Assembly (NCBI RefSeq): GCF_009914755.1
Contig: NC_060944.1
Length of the DNA stretch: 64,000 bases
Source: the human T2T-CHM13v2.0 reference genome, Homo sapiens
Direction: 5' to 3' (one strand)
Position 1 is the first letter of the stretch; every line of letters begins with the position of its first letter. A model generated the notes under the pieces. The model was not told the DNA's origin, searched no databases, and was given only the letters and a program-made list of their open reading frames with translations. Positions 57,063 through 64,000 of the stretch are shown here, piece by piece. The position numbers were made by a program, and so were the translations under genes.

Positions 57063-57709
57063 TACATACTGGTATACTTTTATAGGTGAGTTTTTCAACT
57101 AATTTTACAGTACTGATAATCTAAAAACTTTTGAAAATAGGAAAAGAAGGCAAATTACCCAGTTCAGTTTAGAAGATCATTGTAACAATTCCAAGATCTC
57201 TTGATGAAAGTCATTCAGAAATTTGGAGATAAAATGTTATTTCATTGGACCTGCCAAAATATGAATAACTGCCATAATCATTTATTACCTAAGAAGTTTG
57301 ATATTGACCCTTACAGTTGAGAATTGTTGTGTCTTCAAACGAAGTTGTTTTCTAATTTTTTGTTTTTTCTGTTTCCAGCAAAAAGTATGCTAGAATAGCT
57401 TATCCTAAATTCATTCTAAGTTAGTTGATAAGTTAACTATTTTAAGCTCTTCCGGCATTTCTACACTCTTAAAGTCTTAATATGAATTTTTTTCCAGGTC
57501 ACTCGCTAGTGAACCTTGGAAAGATTTGGCAAATTGACTTAATGTTTGTCCAAAGTCAGACTCAGCTTATTTTTCCGGAAGCTCTAAGTTAAAAAAAAAA
57601 AAAAGATGGAATTAGTGTTGGAAATCTTATTAAGAATACAGTGGAAGCATACTTGTTTTGTTCTTTTGTTCTGTTTCTATATTTCTGATCCAGCTACGTT
57701 GTTTCTCTA

Positions 57710-58034
<325 letters not shown>

Positions 58035-58483
58035 CTATTACAATCCTTTCTCACGTAATCACCAAGTGACATCTCATCACCTTCGACATATTCTATTGGT
58101 TAGAATCAAGCCACAGGCTCCGCCACACTTAAAGGGAGGAATTTACACAAAGCTTTGTTTGCCTCATAAAATATCATTCACTTATTATTTTACTTAGGGA
58201 TCATCTTTTAAAACTTGAACAAATTGATTTACAAGTAAATTTTGTAGTAGCACCAGAACTTTAGAAATAACTAGTATTAGCAGAAGATAATTGCAAACAT
58301 ACATATTACCAGCAATAAAAATTACTTGTCTGTGTACCTTGAAAATTCATCCTGTGTATAACTTGTGATTATACATAAGCATCCTTAATAAAATGCTGAA
58401 AAAAATCAATGTAATACACTTAATATAATGCCAATCACACAGTCAGCCCTTAATCAATGTAAGTTATTCTTATTACAGATCTA

Positions 58484-58538
58484 TTAGGTTGGTGCAAAAG
58501 CGATTGTGGTTTTTGCCATTACTTTTGCACCATCCTAC
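58484..58538. mobile_element. MADE1 (Hsmar1 MITE), internally deleted
   Basis: TA|ttaggttggtgcaaaagcgattgtggtttttgccattacttttgcaccatcctac|TA. Confidence 0.88.
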
Positions 58539-59914
58539 TACAAGTTTGGTCTCCAGAATATATTGTATATCGGATGAAACACAGGCTGAACATCCCTTTT
58601 CCGGCACCCTTGGCCTATTGATCATGATCTTCTTTCCTGGCATGCTTGGACTCAACTTCAGAATGTTTCTTGATACTGTGTTTCAGGCAACTGCCACCAA
58701 TCAATTGGTGTTGGCACAATCCAGAGGACCGCTACCGGTCTCCAGTAGATTTCACCTGGTGTAGAGAGATCTGGGCCAATCATAACAGAAAAAAAGCATT
58801 AACAATACATAAAATGAAGGGGGAAAATTGATCTATTAAAAAGAAAACAAATGCAGATGAAAAAGCAAAGCATTTCTTTTTCAAGTATGTCATCAACTCT
58901 CAACTTCATATTTATTTTGTCTTCCTGATCTCTTTTCTCCCACAATATGGGACATCCTCATCACTTTACCTTTCTGCTCAATGTGTGCAAAATATATTGC
59001 ACACCCAGTTTTATGAAAGCACAACAGATTCGGGAGGAGAAAGTTTCCTCTGTGCAAATCTTCTAATCAATTCTAAAGCATTGGTACTTGGGAGTTGATG
59101 CTACTTGAGAAGCTCAGGTGCAAGGCATCCTGATGACTAAGGGTTCTGCAAATATTTTATTGCTGATAAAGGAGGTTCTAGAGGACAAAACAATCATGGA
59201 GAAGCATAAGTGATATTAATCACTTATTAGGTCAACTTCCAACCCAGGAGATTAGGAAAAGCTCAACAAATTAGGCCAAATCATAAAATGGCACCTTGGC
59301 TTTCAACCAACAGCTTTCTCCTGAATACTTGCTGATAGATTCATTGACTGACCCATTTAGGTTCTTTGAGCACCAAGAAGTGCAGGGAAATGAGCAAGAA
59401 CTATGAAGTCAGACAGACTGGGGTTTCAGTCCGAGCCTGCTTGCTGCATTTCCCTGAGCAAGATACTTAACTTCTCTAAGCCTAATTGAAAAATGAGAAG
59501 ATTCCCAGAGATTTGGCAAGGCCATGGGAGAAATTGTTGGGACAGGTTATAGAAAAGGACTAAAATACTCAAAATAGATTAGTGGCCCTAATCAGATATT
59601 TGTGCATTTCAGCTTTTTAGAGAAATACAATGAGATGCCCTAAAAACCAAAGGAAAAAAATTCATAGATTTCTAGAACGTGCAAAATAGACGTTGAAAAT
59701 GAGGCGTGCCAGGTGCTATCAAGAGTAGAGGCTGAGTCAGGACTCAATGTTGGGGACCGAAGCTCAGGCCCTGCCCCAGAAAGGATTAGCTCCAGCTGAT
59801 GGCTTTGTGGGCTCAGGGGCCACACAGACCAGGACCTCTGTTTTTTCACAGAAGCCAGAAATATGAGATGGTGCATCTCATCCCACAACTGTTAAATGTT
59901 AGTAAATCTTTAAA

Positions 59915-60470
<556 letters not shown>

Positions 60471-60484
60471 CCTATTTTTCTTTT

Positions 60485-60510
60485 CTTTTCTTTTTTTTTT
60501 TGAGATGGAG
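60485..60510 (-). mobile_element. Extremely 5'-truncated Alu (9 nt plus tail)
   Basis: T-rich tail then gagatggag, between perfect 15-bp TSD gcctatttttctttt (60470, 60511). Confidence 0.75.
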
Positions 60511-60660
60511 GCCTATTTTTCTTTTAAATTATTTTGACATAATTTCAGAAAAGTTACATGAACAGTACAAAGAATTCCCATATACCATTCACCCAGATTC
60601 TTCAAGCATTTGCATTTTACTACTTTGGTTTTGTCCTTCTTTTTCTCTCTTTCTACATAC

Positions 60661-60671
60661 ACAGACACACA

Positions 60672-60724
<53 letters not shown>
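60661..60724. repeat. (CA)n microsatellite
   Basis: Direct observation. Confidence 0.95.
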
Positions 60725-60727
<3 letters not shown>

Positions 60728-61155
60728 TTAACTCTGAATGCTGAGCTTGCCTAGAAGCAGTAACATCCCAGTAGCAACAAGCACCAGGAGCCAAAATCTC
60801 GATTTCTAAATGTTCTTTTCTACTGAAACAAATTAGGACTTCTTGAAGAAACAGATGATTCCACGGTGGGGCAGGTAAAGTACAAGATCAGCCTGGAATA
60901 TTTTATTGTTCCAGAAAGCAGGAAGTGCTCAAAAATGGTAACAACATGTCAAAACAAACAAACAAACAAAAAACCAGCAACAATGCACAGGAACCTATTT
61001 AAAGAGGCTCCCATTAATCAAATCTGGGGCAATCTGAATATCAAAATGAATAATGACAGTGTAAAAATTATAACCCATTCAAAAACATAAGAATCTGCAA
61101 GCTCGCACTGACATAAATAGACATAAATTATAAATAATTAATTCTTCCTGACAGC

Positions 61156-61248
61156 ACGACTGTAATCTCAGCACTTTGGGAGGCCGATGTGGGCAGATCA
61201 CAAGGTCGAGAGATCGAGACCATCCTGGCCAACATGGTGAAACTCCCT
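61156..61248 (+). mobile_element. Alu left-arm fragment (AluSc-like)
   Basis: gatcacaaggtcgagagatcgagaccatcctggccaacatggtgaaac; truncated at both ends. Confidence 0.85.
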
Positions 61249-62322
61249 ACATAGCTCACCACAATAGCAAGTTTATATGCATTTCTGTGATTATTTGATT
61301 GACATTTCCTCCCCTTGTTCTTCCCCATCCTCCGTAGTAGGATACAGATGGCGTAAGAGCAGGGACATGTTTATTTTGGTTTGCCCGTGTACCCATGATG
61401 CTTGGCTTACAGATCTTCATAGGCACTCATTAAATATTTCCTTTTACCTGGTTGTCCTAGTTGTAATGTTTACAACCACCATTTATGGTAACCAATAAAG
61501 CTAGGCAAATTTCCCAGGACTCGTGCCAAGTTGTAAATCCTCCTCTCCAAGGTCTTCTAGATTACCAGGTCATACAGTGCCTGTCACAGGGTAGATGCTT
61601 AGTGACTCAGGGCAATTGTGATTGTCATCAGTAACACACGCTGCTCAGTGCTCGTAGCTTATTATGACACCTTTCTGGTCCCTATTCTGTCTCCCTCAAG
61701 GCTGACTCCATATTTTAGCTTTAACAAAATTTCCAGGGATATTTGTGGGAAACCAGTACACAATAATATATATGGAATTCAGTCCAGTTGGCTTTTGTGA
61801 TGTCCAAATAATTTTTTTGAGAGAGAGGAAGGGAAAAATAAAAAGAGAGAAAGGAAAAAAAAATGAAGGAGGAAATGGAGAGATCAAAGGAATTCCTCAA
61901 CGTTTGTAGCAGGGATTCTACAGACCAGGTACTGCTCCCCCGGAGAGTAGGAATTATTTATGGGGAAATTACTTACACAGGGGATGGAGTGAGGTTGCAT
62001 TATATGCACACTTAACCCAGGCACATCCAACCATCCATGCTTGGAGTGGAAAGATGACTATGGAAGGATGTAGCCCAGGTGATTCCAACACCCTCACTCA
62101 ATGAGAACAGCAAGATGAGAAACGAGATCCACCTCTTGCCTTATTTCTCATGCACATCTCAAAATGTGAGCTCCTGATGCCCTTGGTGTGGTTCTAGCAT
62201 CTGAGGAAGTGCATTTTTCATGTGACATGGCCCCTAGACATAAGCCAACTACTTTAGGTTGTTTTCACCCACTAGAGCAGAAAGCTTTTCCAACACCGGA
62301 AGGAATCCTCTGTGGATTAAAA

Positions 62323-62450
62323 CCCATTTATGCCTAGTGTTCCATTAGTGGAACGCTAAGCTTCTGGGAGTTATTGAAATCCCACTGCTTAAGGTCATCG
62401 CTAAGGTCTGATTTTTCACAAAAAAATTTGCAACCTCTGGCATAAATGGG
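62323..62450 (+). mobile_element. MER85 (piggyBac3/PGBD3-derived MITE)
   Basis: cccatttatgcctagtGTTCCATTAGTGGAACgctaagc...gcaacctctggcataaatggg|TTAA; TTAA+aa at left. Confidence 0.92.
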
Positions 62451-62653
62451 TTAATGAGGGATGAAACTATGTGTTTACGGTATACTTTACAGATAATTGA
62501 AGGGATGTAAAGTTTACCGTAACTCTAAGAAATTTTTACTCTGGTTGACTTTCAAACCTAAATCCCCAGTGCGCTTTCTCGCTAATGAAACACCTGTGAG
62601 TTCCATACCCCTTAAACTTCATGCTGATATAGCAGGAAAAATCCTAGATTTTA

Positions 62654-62938
62654 TTTTATTTTTTGATATTGAATTTCACTTTTTTGCCCAGGCTGAAGTG
62701 AAGTGGCATGATCTCGGCTCTCTGTAACCTCCGCCCCCCAGGTTCAAGCAATTCTCCTGCCTCAGCCTCCCAAGTAGCTGGGATTATAAGCACCTGCCAC
62801 CATGCCCAGCTAATTTTTAGTACAGATGGGGTTTTGCCATGTTGGCCAGGCTGGTCTCGAACCCCTGACCTCAGGTGATCCATCGGCCTCGGCCTCCCAA
62901 AGTGCTGGAATTACAGGCATGAGCCACCGTGCCCAGCC
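62654..62938 (-). mobile_element. AluS
   Basis: TSD cctagatttta (62643, 62947). Confidence 0.92.
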
Positions 62939-63341
62939 AAAAAACCCCTAGATTTTAAAGTTGTTAACTTCACCAGGTTTTAATTCTAGAGGAGTCATTT
63001 CCCAACTGTGTGACATGGGGAGTTTACTTAACCTCTCTGAGCCTTAGCTATTCAATGGACGTTAACATATGCGATGCACAAGTGTTCTCATGAAGATCAG
63101 AAAATTTGAAATGTACGTAGCTCGGTGCTGAGCATAGAGCAGGGATGGTGTCCAAATTCTTATTTCCTCAATCAGAGAGGCAAAAGTCAAACAACTCCCT
63201 TTACAGGGGCAGAACCTGTCAAAAGAAATGTGCTGGGCCCAAATGGGAAAAATGAGACAATTACACCATCTGAAAATACAAACACGATCAGTTTTACCTA
63301 CTTGTGGAGCAGAACCTAAGAGACTTATGGGAAATTAATTT

Positions 63342-63630
63342 TTTTTTAAGTGAAAGCAAGTTTATTAGGAAAGTAAAGGAATAAAGAATAGCTACTCCAC
63401 AGGAAGAACAGTAGCATGGGCTGCTTGATTGAGTAGACTTGTAGTTATTTCTTGATGATATGCTAAACAAGGGGTGGGCTATTCATGAGTTTTCCAGGAA
63501 ACAGGTGGGCAATTCCCGGAACTGAGGGTTCCTCCCCCTTTTAGACCATATAGGGGAACTTCCTGATGTTGCCATGGCATTTGTAAACTGTCCTGGCGCT
63601 GGTGGGAGTGCCTTTTAGCATGTTAATACA
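63342..63630 (-). mobile_element. MER41-family LTR fragment, polyadenylated with TSD
   Basis: aagtgaaagcaagtttattaggaaagtaaaggaataaa...gatatgctaaacaaggggtgg...catggcatttgtaaactgtc; T run 13 nt from AATAAA; 12-bp TSD ggaaattaattt. Confidence 0.85.
63492..63521. promoter_or_regulatory. Tandem GAS (STAT) motifs
   Basis: TTCCAGGAA 63492-63500 and TTCCCGGAA 63513-63521 both fit TTCNNNGAA. Confidence 0.7.
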
Positions 63631-63812
63631 GGAAATTAATTTACTTTTCTGTTTAGAGTCTTCTTGGGACTGATGGAGAATCACCAGGACAATTACAAAA
63701 TACAGTGGACTCCATCAACCCAATGGTCTAATCATGGGAGGTTTTACCCTAAATACTGGAAACTACAAATCCACAGATTAAATTTGATACATTTGGTTTG
63801 GTTCAAATCTAG

Positions 63813-63998
<186 letters not shown>

Positions 63999-64000
63999 CC

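Noticed and set aside
57350-57700. Cluster of + strand polypyrimidine-AG acceptor-like sites (also 16110-16128, and a donor at 30611)
   Set aside because: No convincing paired donor/acceptor or ORF; such motifs are common in T-rich introns.

Overview
Human non-coding DNA. The species call rests on a consensus-perfect, human-specific AluYa5 at 20622-20926. I found no credible protein-coding exon, RNA gene, CpG island or CRISPR array. The listed ORFs are short and mostly fall in Alu, LTR, L1, L2 or simple repeats. Much of the window is interspersed repeats (Alu, L1, L2, MIR, MaLR/ERVL/ERV1 LTRs, Tigger, hAT, mariner and piggyBac MITEs), often nested. LTRs and L1s are mostly on the minus strand, suggesting an intron of a + strand transcript (inference). 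I cannot demonstrate a new biological system. The best leads are: (1) a MER41 LTR fragment with tandem STAT/GAS motifs that looks retrotransposed by L1 as a polyadenylated RNA (63342-63630); (2) an AluS with a 189-bp insert in its linker, mostly a copy of DNA about 1.6 kb downstream; (3) two inverted MER85 piggyBac MITEs (CSB-PGBD3 target sites) about 56 kb apart, one inside a 29-bp inverted repeat; (4) several templated-insertion, snap-back and minimal-TPRT scars. Subfamily names come from recalled consensus sequences, not a database search, and boundaries of old elements are approximate.
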